DNA of 64,000 nt from an uncultured delta proteobacterium (GCA_963752595.1 CAVVYZ010000013.1:185222-249221); one strand, 5' to 3'. Counted from the stretch's first letter, positions 41,206 through 51,126 are shown. Program-made: numbers and translations. The notes: generated from the sequence alone by a model not told the origin.

Positions 41206-42606
41206 ATGGACAAAGAAGCAACACTCGAAATCATCAGAAAAGAAGTCATAGGGGACGCGGAAAAGAGTGAGCAACGGAAAGACGCCCCGATAGCCGTGCT
41301 CCGGGGTCGTAACAGCCTGAGTGCAAGGACCCTGCTCGACCAGGATTTGACGATTCGTTACTTCCCCTTTCATATCGGCAGGGGAGGACGCGCTAGAAAC
41401 ACCTTCATGAGCGAACCGGATCTTTCCCTTGAAGATCACCCCCCCTATCGGCTTTCCCGCCTTCATCTGGTCTTGGAGCGGAGAGGAAAAGAGATTTTTC
41501 TGGTAGACCCCTCGAGCCGCCATGGATCGATGGTCAACAGCGAATGCCTGGGTGAAAGTATCGGCGGCCTGAAAGAAATGCCCCTCGCCTCCGAAGCCTG
41601 TGAAATCAGACTGGGGGGGGCGACGTCCCCTTTTGTTTATTCCATTGCTGTGAAAGCGGACGAGGAGGTTAATACCATCCAGGAACAGGTGCGATACGGC
41701 GATCACACCGTACCCGCCTCCCTGTTGTATGGCAAGCTTTATCAACAAACGCAGCGGATTTTTGCCCATTTTTTAAAGGACGGCCTCGACGGCCTGGGAA
41801 TGGCCCGCGAAATGCTGCAGGCTATCCTGGCCAACCCGGATATCATCGATCCGCTGTATTTTTTTTCTGCCACCCCCGACACCGGCGACGACGTTATCGC
41901 GGCCCATTCTCTCAATGTCGCTATATACGCCATCAGGCTTGCACGGCTGGTTCCCATCGCCGGCAGGGATCTGTTGACCTTCGCTTTGGCCGCTTTTTTT
42001 CATGATATCGGCTTGTACGATCTCCCGCGGGATATCATCAACAAGAAGGAAATGGTCACCGACCAGGAATATGAACTCATCAAGACCCATTCATTGTCGG
42101 GCAAGACCAAGCTGGAGGCCGTCAGCGGAATGAATGCCCTGATTCCTGACGTTGCCCTGGAACATCATGAGCGGGTGGACGGCTATGGATACCCCAAGGG
42201 GAGCAAAACCTTGTCGCAACAAGCGGAAATGATCGCCATGGTCGATTTTTTTGAGGCACTGACCCATTACCGACCGCAGCGGGGACCTGTCACGCCGCAT
42301 GAAGGAATGCGCATCCTCATTCAACAGCGAAGAGGCATCTTCAGCCCCCCCATGGTCAAGCTTTTCATCCGAGGCTTTTCTCTGTTTCCCGTGTACAGCA
42401 TCGTTCGCTTGAATACAGGCGAAACGGGACAAGTCGTGGATACCAACCCCGACCGACCGCTGCGGCCGACGGTCCGTATTTTTTTTGACCGTAACGGCAA
42501 TATGCTGGACGAAGAGAAAAGAATTGACCTCGGCGATAAAAATTGCGTCTATATTTCCAAGGATATTTCCGACCGGGTATTTGTGGACCGTTACTTCAAG
42601 TTGTGA
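41206..42606 (+). CDS. FHA-domain + HD-GYP domain protein
   Basis: FHA motifs FHIGR, LSRLH, SRHGSMVN. HD-GYP motifs HSLNV, FHDIG, IKTH, HHERVDGYGYP, DFFEALT..RP. Confidence 0.85.
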   Translation: MDKEATLEIIRKEVIGDAEKSEQRKDAPIAVLRGRNSLSARTLLDQDLTIRYFPFHIGRGGRARNTFMSEPDLSLEDHPPYRLSRLHLVLERRGKEIFLVDPSSRHGSMVNSECLGESIGGLKEMPLASEACEIRLGGATSPFVYSIAVKADEEVNTIQEQVRYGDHTVPASLLYGKLYQQTQRIFAHFLKDGLDGLGMAREMLQAILANPDIIDPLYFFSATPDTGDDVIAAHSLNVAIYAIRLARLVPIAGRDLLTFALAAFFHDIGLYDLPRDIINKKEMVTDQEYELIKTHSLSGKTKLEAVSGMNALIPDVALEHHERVDGYGYPKGSKTLSQQAEMIAMVDFFEALTHYRPQRGPVTPHEGMRILIQQRRGIFSPPMVKLFIRGFSLFPVYSIVRLNTGETGQVVDTNPDRPLRPTVRIFFDRNGNMLDEEKRIDLGDKNCVYISKDISDRVFVDRYFKL

Positions 42607-42662
42607 ATATTCAGGATTCCGATCAACCGTTCGATCCGAGGTCATAAAAGGAGGGAGGAGAG

Positions 42663-43139
42663 ATGCAGAGGATGCAGCAGGGTGCGGCGGTCTGTTTTGT
42701 CATATTCTCGGCCTTGGTCGTCTGGGGATCCCTGAGTCTGGAGTATTACACCAAGCTGGGACCGGGGGCCGGCTTCTTTCCCCTCTGGCTGGGGGTTGCC
42801 ATGGGGACGCTCTCGCTGGTGTGGCTTGTCCAGGTGTCCCGGCGAACCGGAAGATCCTCCAAAACCGCTTTTCTTCCCGACCGCTCGGGAATCATGCGCA
42901 TCCTGGCCATCATCGCCTCGCTGGTCGTTGCGGCCCTCGTGATGAACCTTCTGGGATTTCAGATGGCGATGTTCCTGCTGCTCGTTTTTTTCTTGTTGGT
43001 CCTGGGGAGGCAATCTGTCTGGCTGACGGTGATCATCGCCCTGGCAGGGAGCGTCGGTGTATATCGCGTCTTCGTCGGCTATCTTGATGTCCAACTCCCG
43101 GCGTCGTCGCTGGCATTTCTGGCCCGGCTGGGTCTGTAG
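42663..43139 (+). CDS. tctB: Tripartite tricarboxylate transporter small permease TctB
   Basis: GPGAGFFP, LGF, F...L.V.LP, four TM helices, directly upstream of tctA. Confidence 0.85.
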   Translation: MQRMQQGAAVCFVIFSALVVWGSLSLEYYTKLGPGAGFFPLWLGVAMGTLSLVWLVQVSRRTGRSSKTAFLPDRSGIMRILAIIASLVVAALVMNLLGFQMAMFLLLVFFLLVLGRQSVWLTVIIALAGSVGVYRVFVGYLDVQLPASSLAFLARLGL

Positions 43140-43150
43140 GAGGAGTCGGC

Positions 43151-44656
43151 ATGGAAGCGATCCATAATCTCATCATGGGTTTTTCGGTCGCCCTGACCCC
43201 GCACAATCTCCTGTTCGCCTTTCTGGGATCGGTACTGGGGACGCTGATCGGCGTTCTCCCCGGTGTCGGTCCGGTCGCGGGCGTGGCGATGCTCATCCCC
43301 CTGACATTCCAGATGACCCCGACGGGCGCCATCATCATGCTGACCGCGCTCTTCTATGGTACGCAATACGGGGGGACCATCACCAGCGTTCTGTTGAACG
43401 TCCCCGGGGAGGCGGCCTCGGCGATCACCTGCCTGGACGGTTATGCGATGGCCAAGCAGGGCCGTGCGGGGGTGGCGCTCTCTATCGCCGCCATCGGCTC
43501 ATTCATCGGCGGCACGATCGCCACGATCGCCCTGGTCCTGGCGGCGGGTCCTCTGACCAAATGGGCGCTGGAGTTCGGTCCGGTGGAGTTCTTCGCCCTG
43601 ATCATGCTGGGACTCTCCCTCCTGATGGGACTCGCGGGAAAATCGATGATCAAGGCGCTGATGATGGGGATCTTCGGCCTGATCCTCGCCATGGTGGGGA
43701 TGGATCCGGTGCGGGGGTTGCCCCGCTTCACCTTCGGCCGGATGGAACTCATGGACGGCATCGGCTTCGTTCCGATCATCATGGGGCTCTTCGGCATGGC
43801 CGAAATCCTGGAGAACGCCGAGAAGCCCTTCGCAGAAACGATCATGGCCAGGATGAGTTCCCTCATCCCGAGCCGGCAGGAACTCCGGGATTCCGCAGGA
43901 CCCATCCTCCGCGGCAGCATCATCGGCACCCTGCTCGGCCTCGTGCCGGGGATGACCGGTTCGGCCTCTTCGTTCCTCTCGTACATCGCCGAAAAGAAGG
44001 TGTCACGACATCCGGAACGGTTCGGTACGGGCATGATCGAGGGGGTGGCGGGGCCCGAGACGGCCAACAACGCCCATGCCAACGGGGCCCTCATCCCGCT
44101 CTTTACCCTGGGCATTCCCGCCTCGCCCACCGTGGCGGTCATCATGGGGGCCTTCATGATGCACGGACTCATCCCCGGTCCGTTTCTCTTCAAGGAGCAT
44201 GCGGATGTGGCCTGGGGGGTAATCGCCAGTTTCTACATCGGCAATATCATCCTGTTGATCCTCAACCTGCCGCTCATCGGCATCTGGGTCAGGATCCTAA
44301 GGATTCCCTATGGTCTTCTGTTCGGGGTCATCCTGGCCTTCATGGTCGTGGGGGCCTACAGCGTCAGCAACAGCACCTTTGACGTGCTGGTCATGGTCCT
44401 TTTCGGCGTGATCGGGTATCTCCTGCGGAAGATGGATTTTCCGCTTGCCCCCATCGTTTTGACGCTCATCCTGGGACCGCTCATGGAGCGCTCGCTGCGT
44501 ACCTCGCTCGATATGTCCCAGGGAAGTCTCGGCATTTTTCTGGAGAGCCCGATCGCCGTGGTGCTGCTGGCGCTCACCGCACTGGTCCTGATCGCCCCCG
44601 CCTTTCGGTTCCTGCGGAAGAAAAAGGAGATCATTGCCGGAGAGGAAGGGGCTTGA
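43151..44656 (+). CDS. tctA: Tripartite tricarboxylate transporter large permease TctA
   Basis: GTLIGVLPGVG, YGGTITSVLLNVPG, DGYAMAKQG, GPETANNA, LFTLGIP. Confidence 0.93.
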   Translation: MEAIHNLIMGFSVALTPHNLLFAFLGSVLGTLIGVLPGVGPVAGVAMLIPLTFQMTPTGAIIMLTALFYGTQYGGTITSVLLNVPGEAASAITCLDGYAMAKQGRAGVALSIAAIGSFIGGTIATIALVLAAGPLTKWALEFGPVEFFALIMLGLSLLMGLAGKSMIKALMMGIFGLILAMVGMDPVRGLPRFTFGRMELMDGIGFVPIIMGLFGMAEILENAEKPFAETIMARMSSLIPSRQELRDSAGPILRGSIIGTLLGLVPGMTGSASSFLSYIAEKKVSRHPERFGTGMIEGVAGPETANNAHANGALIPLFTLGIPASPTVAVIMGAFMMHGLIPGPFLFKEHADVAWGVIASFYIGNIILLILNLPLIGIWVRILRIPYGLLFGVILAFMVVGAYSVSNSTFDVLVMVLFGVIGYLLRKMDFPLAPIVLTLILGPLMERSLRTSLDMSQGSLGIFLESPIAVVLLALTALVLIAPAFRFLRKKKEIIAGEEGA

Positions 44657-44828
44657 TTATGGAGGAGCTGCTCAATGCCGGTAAAATCACTGTTTCTTAC
44701 GAGACGCTCCTGGAGATCGGCATCCGGTACGAGATCCCCAAAATTTGAAGGCTGATTGAACAAAGATCCGGAGGGAAGGCGGGAGCCCCACGATCCGGGA
44801 AACCTTGAATGATGAAAGGAGGAGAAAC

Positions 44829-45825
44829 ATGGTAAAGACTCATTTTTTCATGAGCAGACTGGTGATGGCGGCGGTCGGCTCTGTTGCGGCCGTTTCCCTG
44901 ATAGTGCCGCAGGTCGGAGCGGCCGATTTCCCCCAGAAGGGTAAGGCCATTCAAATGCTGGTGGGTTTTGCGGCCGGAGGCAGCAGCGACGCCGGGGCAC
45001 GGATACTGGCCAGCGGGTATGGAGAAGGAACTCGGCACATCCGTGGTGGTCGTCAACAAGCCGGGCGCCAGCGGACAGATCGCATACACGGCACTGACCC
45101 AGAGCCAAACCTGACGGCTATACCATCGTGAATACCAATTTTCCCTCTTCCGTCGTCACCTACCTGGATCCGGCCCGCAAGGCGACTTACACCCGGAAGA
45201 GCTTTCGAAGTCCTGGCATTGCACGTGATCGACCCGGGCCTTTTTGCCGTCAAGACGGACAGCCCCTTCAAGACCCTCAAGGACGTGGTCGAGGCCGCCA
45301 AGGCGAATCCGAGGAAGGTCCTGATCTCGACGACGGGGATCCAGAGCGACGAGGCCTTTGGCATCCTCCAGTTCCAGAAGATGACAGGGGCCAAGTTTGC
45401 CCATGGTCCATTTCTCCCAGGGCATCGCCCCGGCCATGACGGCCTTTCTGGGCGGCAAGATCGACGTTTTCTGTGGGAACGTCGGAGATCTGCTGTCGCA
45501 ATTCAAGAGCGGCGAGGTCCGCATCCTGGGGATCATGGACGACGAAGCAAGCCCGTTCTATCCGGGGGTGAAGACCTTCGAGGAGCAGGGGTACAAACTG
45601 TACAACTCCTCCTCCCGTGGATTCGCCGCCCCGGCGGGGACTCCGAAGGAGGTGGTGAACATTCTCAGCGGGGCGATCAGAAAGGTGGTGGCCACGGAGG
45701 ACCATAAGAAGCGCATGGCGGACATGGGTCTGACCCTCCGGTACATGGACCCCGCTCAGTACACCAAGTACTGGGACGAGTATGAGGCGATGCTCAAGGA
45801 ACTGCTTCCGTTGACGAAAGAGTAA
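44829..45825 (+). CDS. tctC: Tripartite tricarboxylate transporter substrate-binding protein TctC (Bug family), frameshifted in this sequence
   Basis: Signal peptide, DFP, VGFAAGGSSD..AR, VVNKPGASG, PDGYT, and RGFAAPAGTP across fragments. Confidence 0.85.
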
Positions 45826-45925
45826 CAACCATCACGGCCATCACCGGCAACCCAGGGCCGGAGGAATTTCCGTATCACGACGAACGGCTGGACCGGTCAG
45901 CCGCCGGAGAGGAAAGGATAACCGA

Positions 45926-46903
45926 ATGACACCCTATCGCATTCTCATCACCACGATCTTTCTCCGCCCGGGTTGCGCCGTCGATCAGCGACTCCGGGAG
46001 GAAGGGTGGGAAACCGTCTACAAGCCGCTGCTCGGCCCCCGGAGCGAGGACGAATTGATCGATCTCCTCCGGGGGGTCGACGGGGTGATCGTCGCTGGCG
46101 ACCCGTTCACGGCCAGGGTCCTCGAGGCCTCCCCCCAGCTGAAGGTCATCTCCCGCACCGGGGTCGGCTATGACGCGATCGATATAAAGGCGGCCACGGC
46201 GCGGGGGATCATCGTCTGCAACACCCCCGGGGTGAACCGCCACGCGGTGGCCGAATGGACCTTCGCCCTGATGCTCTCCTGCGCCCGCAAACTCAAGGAG
46301 AACCAGTCGGAGGTCCGCAGTGGGGGATGGACCCGCCACGAGGGGATCGATCTGGCCGGGAAAGACCCTCGGGCTCGTGGGACTGGGGACCATCGGAAAA
46401 GAGGTGGCCCAGCGGGCCGAGGCCTTCGAGATGCGGATCCTCGCCTGCGATGTCGATACGCGATGCCCAGTTCGCCGAGGCGCACCACGTGGCCTTCGTT
46501 CCCCTGGAAGAGCTGCTCCGTGAGAGCGACTTCGTCAGTCTCCATACCTTCTTGAACGACAAGACCCGTCACCTCATCGATGACGAGCGCCTCTCCCTGA
46601 TGAAGCCGACCGCATTTCTGATCAATACGGCGCGGGGCGGCATCGTCGACACGGAGGCGCTCTGCCGGGCGCTCGCGGAGAAAAAAATAGCGGGGGCCGC
46701 CCTGGACGTCTTCGAGGGGGAACCGCTGCAGCGCCGACAGCCCCCTGCGGGCGCTGGAGAACGTCACCCTGAGCCCGCACGTGGGCGGGGTCACCGCCGA
46801 TTCCCGGCGGCTCTCGGGCGCCAACGCGGCGGAGAACCTGATCTGTGCGCTCAAAGGGGAACGGCCCCCGGGGATCCTCAATCCGGAGGTTCTGGCGCGC
46901 TAA
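45926..46903 (+). CDS. D-2-hydroxyacid/phosphoglycerate dehydrogenase-like protein, frameshifted in this sequence
   Basis: [49 protein letters not shown]. Confidence 0.85.
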
Positions 46904-47145
46904 CCGCCGGGGAATGGGTGATTGCCGACGGATGTTCGGGATCTCGAAATTCAGTCGTGCGGGAGGGCACCCAGCATTCCGTAAATTCAACCGCCGTCGA
47001 CCGAAGCCACCGAGCACTTCACTCTTTCCGGCATAATACCGACGCCGTTGCAATGAGGGGATCGCGTGTAGGCTGACCCTGGGTGTCATTCTTCCCCGTA
47101 TTCGTGTTTGACACCTGTGCGACGCTGTGGTACTTCGGGCGTCCT

Positions 47146-48327
47146 ATGAACGAAACGAACCGCACCGATGTCAAGGTCCTCTTTGCCCTGACCATGCTCC
47201 ATTTCACCGGCGATTTCTATGCCGCCTTCATCAGTCCGCTCTTGCCGGTATTTGTCGAGCGATTCACCCTGTCGCTGACCGAAGTCGGACTGATTGCCGG
47301 GATGATGCGGATGCTCGCGTTCGTCGTCCAGCCGGCAGTGGGCTATTTCGCCGATCGCTACCGCTCCCGTATTTTCATTATCGGCGGCCCTCTGCTGTCC
47401 ATCGTTTTCATCACCCTCGTCGGCTGGGCGCCCTCCTTTCCGGTACTTCTGCTCTTTGTCTCATTGGGATCGATCGGCGCCGCGATGTTCCACCCCTCTA
47501 TTGCCGGGATGATCGCCAATTACGCGGGGCGCCATATCGGCCTCTCCCTTTCGATCTTCAACATGGGAGGGACGCTCGCCTACGGTCTCGGGCCGCTCTT
47601 CATCGCCTATATTGTGGACCGATGGACTCTTTCGGCCTCTCCCTGGACGGCGATCCCGGGGCTTGCCATGATGGTCGTTCTGTTCAAGATTGTCCCCGCC
47701 CCTCTGGGGGAAGGGCTCCGGGGAGAGGGATTCTTCCATGCGATCAGGGATGCGTTCGGGGAGGTGTGGAAGCTGGTGATCCTGATCTGGGTGGTGATGG
47801 TCATGCGCGCTTTCGTGACTCAGACCTTCCTTGCCTTTGTCCCCATCCTGTATGCGAGGGAAGGCCATACACTGATCTCCATCGGTTTTGTCATCTCCCT
47901 CTTCACCGTGGCGGGTGCGGTCAGCGGCGTCGCCGCCGGTCATCTGTCCGATCGGATCGGCTACAAACCTATTTATACGGTCGCCTTTATCCTGGCCACC
48001 CCCTCCTTGCTGCTGATGCTCTTCCTCCAGGGCATCTGGGTTTATGTCGCCGCTGCACTATCGGGTTTTTTCATGTTCGCGACCCTGCCGCTGGGGCTTG
48101 TCATGGCGCAGAAACTGGCACCCCGCGGCAAATCGATGGTATCAAGCCTGATGATGGGCCTCGCTGTGGGATTGGGCGGCATGATGACGCCCCTCGTCGG
48201 GAGCCTCGCCGATCTTTTCTCCATCCGAATGGTCCTTGCGGGTATGGCCCTGCTTCCTCTCCTCAGCATCGGGTTCGTCGTCTTTTTCCCGGAGAAGCGG
48301 CTCCGTGAGCAGCCCCTCGTCGGGTGA
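47146..48327 (+). CDS. MFS transporter (Fsr/fosmidomycin-resistance-like)
   Basis: HFTGDFY, QPAVGYFADR, AMFHP, GHLSDRIG, AQKLAP, G.LAD. Confidence 0.85.
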   Translation: MNETNRTDVKVLFALTMLHFTGDFYAAFISPLLPVFVERFTLSLTEVGLIAGMMRMLAFVVQPAVGYFADRYRSRIFIIGGPLLSIVFITLVGWAPSFPVLLLFVSLGSIGAAMFHPSIAGMIANYAGRHIGLSLSIFNMGGTLAYGLGPLFIAYIVDRWTLSASPWTAIPGLAMMVVLFKIVPAPLGEGLRGEGFFHAIRDAFGEVWKLVILIWVVMVMRAFVTQTFLAFVPILYAREGHTLISIGFVISLFTVAGAVSGVAAGHLSDRIGYKPIYTVAFILATPSLLLMLFLQGIWVYVAAALSGFFMFATLPLGLVMAQKLAPRGKSMVSSLMMGLAVGLGGMMTPLVGSLADLFSIRMVLAGMALLPLLSIGFVVFFPEKRLREQPLVG

Positions 48328-48585
48328 AAAAGCCCGCGATAACGGGAGGTGCGGCAATACCGTGATGTCAAAAGCTGAATGGTCGCGATAAAAAGTCTGG
48401 TTCATCCAGTTTTTTACGTACTTTTAAAAAGCTGCCTTTCTTCCTGAAAGGGTCAGGGAGAATATTTCCACAAAATAATAGATTTTAAATGGAAATCGTG
48501 ATAGGAATGTCCACAATATGTAAGGGCAGTTGAATAAGTTCCATCCCGTATCAATCATGCTGGAGGGGAATATGGACTGGCTGAC

Positions 48586-48625
48586 AAAACCTCGTTTCTA
48601 ATAAAAGAGCGGGGTTTTATGTTTT
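48586..48625 (+). terminator. Intrinsic terminator in an AT-rich intergenic region
   Basis: Stem AAAACCTCGTTT/GAGCGGGGTTTT followed by ATGTTTT. Confidence 0.6.
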
Positions 48626-48677
48626 GAGAGATCAAAATGAAATGGCGAGGAGATTTATACAAAAACCAAAAAGTAAA

Positions 48678-48743
48678 ATCTAACCAAGGCATCAACTCGG
48701 ACGCGCTCCGCTCGCGCGCCGGTTAAACCCAGCGTCGTTAGTT
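48678..48743 (+). mobile_element. Solitary, partly degenerate integron attC site
   Basis: R'' ATCTAAC ... R' GTTAGTT, 66 bp apart end to end. The inner arm AAC-t-CGG-a-CGCGC pairs with GCGCG-CCG-GTT, leaving two unpaired bases. An upstream frame stops at the TAA inside R''. Confidence 0.7.
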
Positions 48744-48859
48744 ACTATCTTTCAACCCGGAAGCCTCAGAAACGAGATTATTTGAAATCATTTAGTAGTA
48801 GGTGAACGAGAGAGAAGTACGCATCAACCGGATGAACCAGAAAAGGATTGGTGACTAAT

Positions 48860-49200
48860 ATGAGCAAATTATTCCTTGATGTTTTAGGCAATAAGAAACT
48901 TGTCGATGGTTACCAAATTGAAGATTCCATCGCCCAAAAATACAATTTGAAACCCGACACGATATGTCCGTTTACAGGCTTACGTGTGGAAGCTTTATCT
49001 CCCCAGCAAGTTTGCGTGGCAGAAAAAGCTGAGCGTCAGAAGAAAATCAAACAGCAAAAAGCTCTTGGAAAAGAAAAACAGAAAGTTGAATCTAAGCTTG
49101 CTCAAAAAAAGAAAAACCTTTCTGCTGGTCACAGCAAGATTTCAAGATATGCTGCTGACATAAAAGCGACGACAAAAAGTATTGACCATCCTGATGAGTC
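48860..49200 (+). pseudogene. AT-rich cassette-like ORF fragment of unknown function
   Basis: MSKLFLDVLGNKKLVDGYQIEDS...CPFTG... lies downstream of the attC. GC returns to host level near 49200 with no stop codon, and the frame runs into the histone-like gene. Confidence 0.45.
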
Positions 49201-49282
49201 TCACGATTTCGCACGCGGGAGGGCACGGTCGGGCCGGGGCCCAGTGAGGCGGAATCGAATATTTGAAAGGGAGGAAGTACGT

Positions 49283-49549
49283 ATGGCGACAGCAAAGAAG
49301 GTTCCGGCAAAACCGGCGAAGGCCAAGGTAAAGGCCCCTGCCAAAACAAAGACCCCCGTGAAGGCTAAGGCAAAACCGGCAAAAGCCAAGGCAAAAGCGG
49401 CGGCAAAGGCGCCCGCAAAAGCCAAGGCAAAAGCCAAGGCAAAAGCGCCGATCAAAGCCAAGGCAAAAGCCAAAGCGAAAGCGCCGGCCAAAGCAAAAGC
49501 GGTCGCCAAAAAACCGGCAGCCAAGAAACCGGCCAAAGCGAAGAAATGA
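49283..49549 (+). CDS. Histone H1-like Lys/Ala/Pro-rich protein
   Basis: MATAKKVPAKPAKAK...KKPAAKKPAKAKK with its own GGGAGG RBS. Confidence 0.8.
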   Translation: MATAKKVPAKPAKAKVKAPAKTKTPVKAKAKPAKAKAKAAAKAPAKAKAKAKAKAPIKAKAKAKAKAPAKAKAVAKKPAAKKPAKAKK

Positions 49550-49574
49550 TTTCCTGACCCACCGCAGAAAAGCG

Positions 49575-49613
49575 TCCGCCGGGAACCAAGCACGCTGTCA
49601 GGTTCCCGGCGGA
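49575..49613. terminator. Perfect 13-bp inverted repeat after the histone-like gene
   Basis: TCCGCCGGGAACC/GGTTCCCGGCGGA. No strong U-tract. Confidence 0.45.
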
Positions 49614-49739
49614 TAAAGCCCAAGCGGATGGGGAAAGGAAGACGGAACAGAAATGACGCAGGCGGCCAGGGAAATCGAAACGGAAGAGAAGCCCCGTCCG
49701 GAGGGACCGCAGACGGCCGAAGACCGCTGATGCGAGAGG

Positions 49740-50096
49740 ATGGGGATGCTTTCTGTCAACAATCTGTTTGAGGATATTCCCGTAAAGATGCCGGATGAGG
49801 TTTGTACACGTATCGTCCGGGGCGCCGACATCCGGATCGAGAGAATCGTCTCCCGGGGCCATGCGTCGCCGCCGGGATTCTGGTACGACCAGGAGACGAA
49901 TGAATGGGTGCTGCTGGTGAAAGGGAGCGCCACGCTGCGCTTCTTTGATGGCCGGGAGATCGCGCTTGCGCCCGGCGATCACCTCCTGATTCCCCGCCAT
50001 GTGCGTCACCGCGTGGAGCGAACGATCCCGGAAGGGGACACCGTTTGGCTGGCTGTCCATTACACAGGAGAAGCCTCCGTCCCGATGGAGGCATGA
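49740..50096 (+). CDS. Cupin domain protein
   Basis: RIERIVSRGHASPPGFWYDQ..EWV..KG, PGD...IP.H.RHRVE, VWLAVHY. Confidence 0.85.
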   Translation: MGMLSVNNLFEDIPVKMPDEVCTRIVRGADIRIERIVSRGHASPPGFWYDQETNEWVLLVKGSATLRFFDGREIALAPGDHLLIPRHVRHRVERTIPEGDTVWLAVHYTGEASVPMEA

Positions 50097-50102
50097 TCCG
50101 AC

Positions 50103-50384
50103 CTATCCGCCGGCGACGGGGGGAAAGACGGAGATCACGTCATCCGCGGCGATGATCGTGTCAAGATGCTGCAGGGATTCGATGTTCCTGCCGTTCTTGA
50201 GTATGATGATATAGGGCTTGATATTCCCGGAGGCGTCGAAGAGCTTTTCCTGCAGACGGGGATGGTCTTCGCGGAGGCCTTTCAGCAATCCCCCCACCGT
50301 CTCCCCTTCCGGCAGGGAGAGTTCCTGTTCCCTGGCGCCGATGATCTCCCGGAAGTCGGCAAATGTTCTGAACGTGATCTTCAT
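50103..50384 (-). CDS. MoaD/ThiS-family ubiquitin-like protein (SAMP-like)
   Basis: FADFRE, ILKNGRNI, and C-terminal FPPVAGG. Confidence 0.9.
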   Translation of the reverse strand: MKITFRTFADFREIIGAREQELSLPEGETVGGLLKGLREDHPRLQEKLFDASGNIKPYIIILKNGRNIESLQHLDTIIAADDVISVFPPVAGG

Positions 50385-50388
50385 GTTT

Positions 50389-51126
50389 CTATTTCCTGCG
50401 TTCCGTTTGCCCACAGTCCGGGCATGCCGGATTCCGTTCCACGACAATGGAGTCGGCGCTCGCTGCCATGCCGTCCCAGATCAAAAGACGACCGGCCAGC
50501 GGTTCTCCCCGGCCGGTGAGAAGCTTGATCGCCTCCGTCGCCTCGATGGAACCGATAACGCCGCACGTCGCCCCGATGATCGGAAAGATCTCCGGCGGCG
50601 GGCTTCCGGGGAAGATGCACCGCAGGCAGGGTGTCTTGCCGGGGAGTACGGTTGTCGCCTGGCCGTATAGGCCCCGCACGGCGCCGTGGATGAAGGGGAT
50701 GCCTTTCCTGAGGGCGGTCCGGTTGAGTAGGTAGCGTGTCTTAAAATTGTCCATCGCATCGACGATGAGGTCGCAATCCCCCGCGATCGCATCGATGCTG
50801 GTTTCGTCGATTCTCCCGGCGACTTCCTCCACGCGGATCAGGGAATTGAGTGCGGCGAGCTTCTCCGACATGGAGGCCGTTTTCGGCCGGCCGAGATCGC
50901 CGCCCCAGTGGAGGATCTGACGGTTCAAATTGCTCGCCTCCACGACGTCGCAGTCCACAATCCGGAGCGTCCCCACTCCGGCGGCAGCCAGATAGACGGA
51001 GATGACCGTTCCCAGCCCGCCCGCTCCGGCGATGAGGACCCGTGCGGCTTTGAGCCTTTCCTGCCCCGCTTCCCCGAGCATGAGGATCTGTCGATGGTAC
51101 CTTTTGTGCTCTTCCTCAGTGATCAT
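50389..51126 (-). CDS. HesA/MoeB/ThiF family E1-like adenylyltransferase
   Basis: RYHRQI, GQERLK, GAGGLG, SNLNRQ, DAMDN..TR, PCLRC, CPDC. No rhodanese domain. Confidence 0.92.
   Translation of the reverse strand: MITEEEHKRYHRQILMLGEAGQERLKAARVLIAGAGGLGTVISVYLAAAGVGTLRIVDCDVVEASNLNRQILHWGGDLGRPKTASMSEKLAALNSLIRVEEVAGRIDETSIDAIAGDCDLIVDAMDNFKTRYLLNRTALRKGIPFIHGAVRGLYGQATTVLPGKTPCLRCIFPGSPPPEIFPIIGATCGVIGSIEATEAIKLLTGRGEPLAGRLLIWDGMAASADSIVVERNPACPDCGQTERRK

Noticed and set aside
49283-49549. Low-complexity GCAAAAGCC repeats as a minisatellite or mobile element
   Set aside because: They are explained by the Ala-Lys repeats of the histone H1-like protein.
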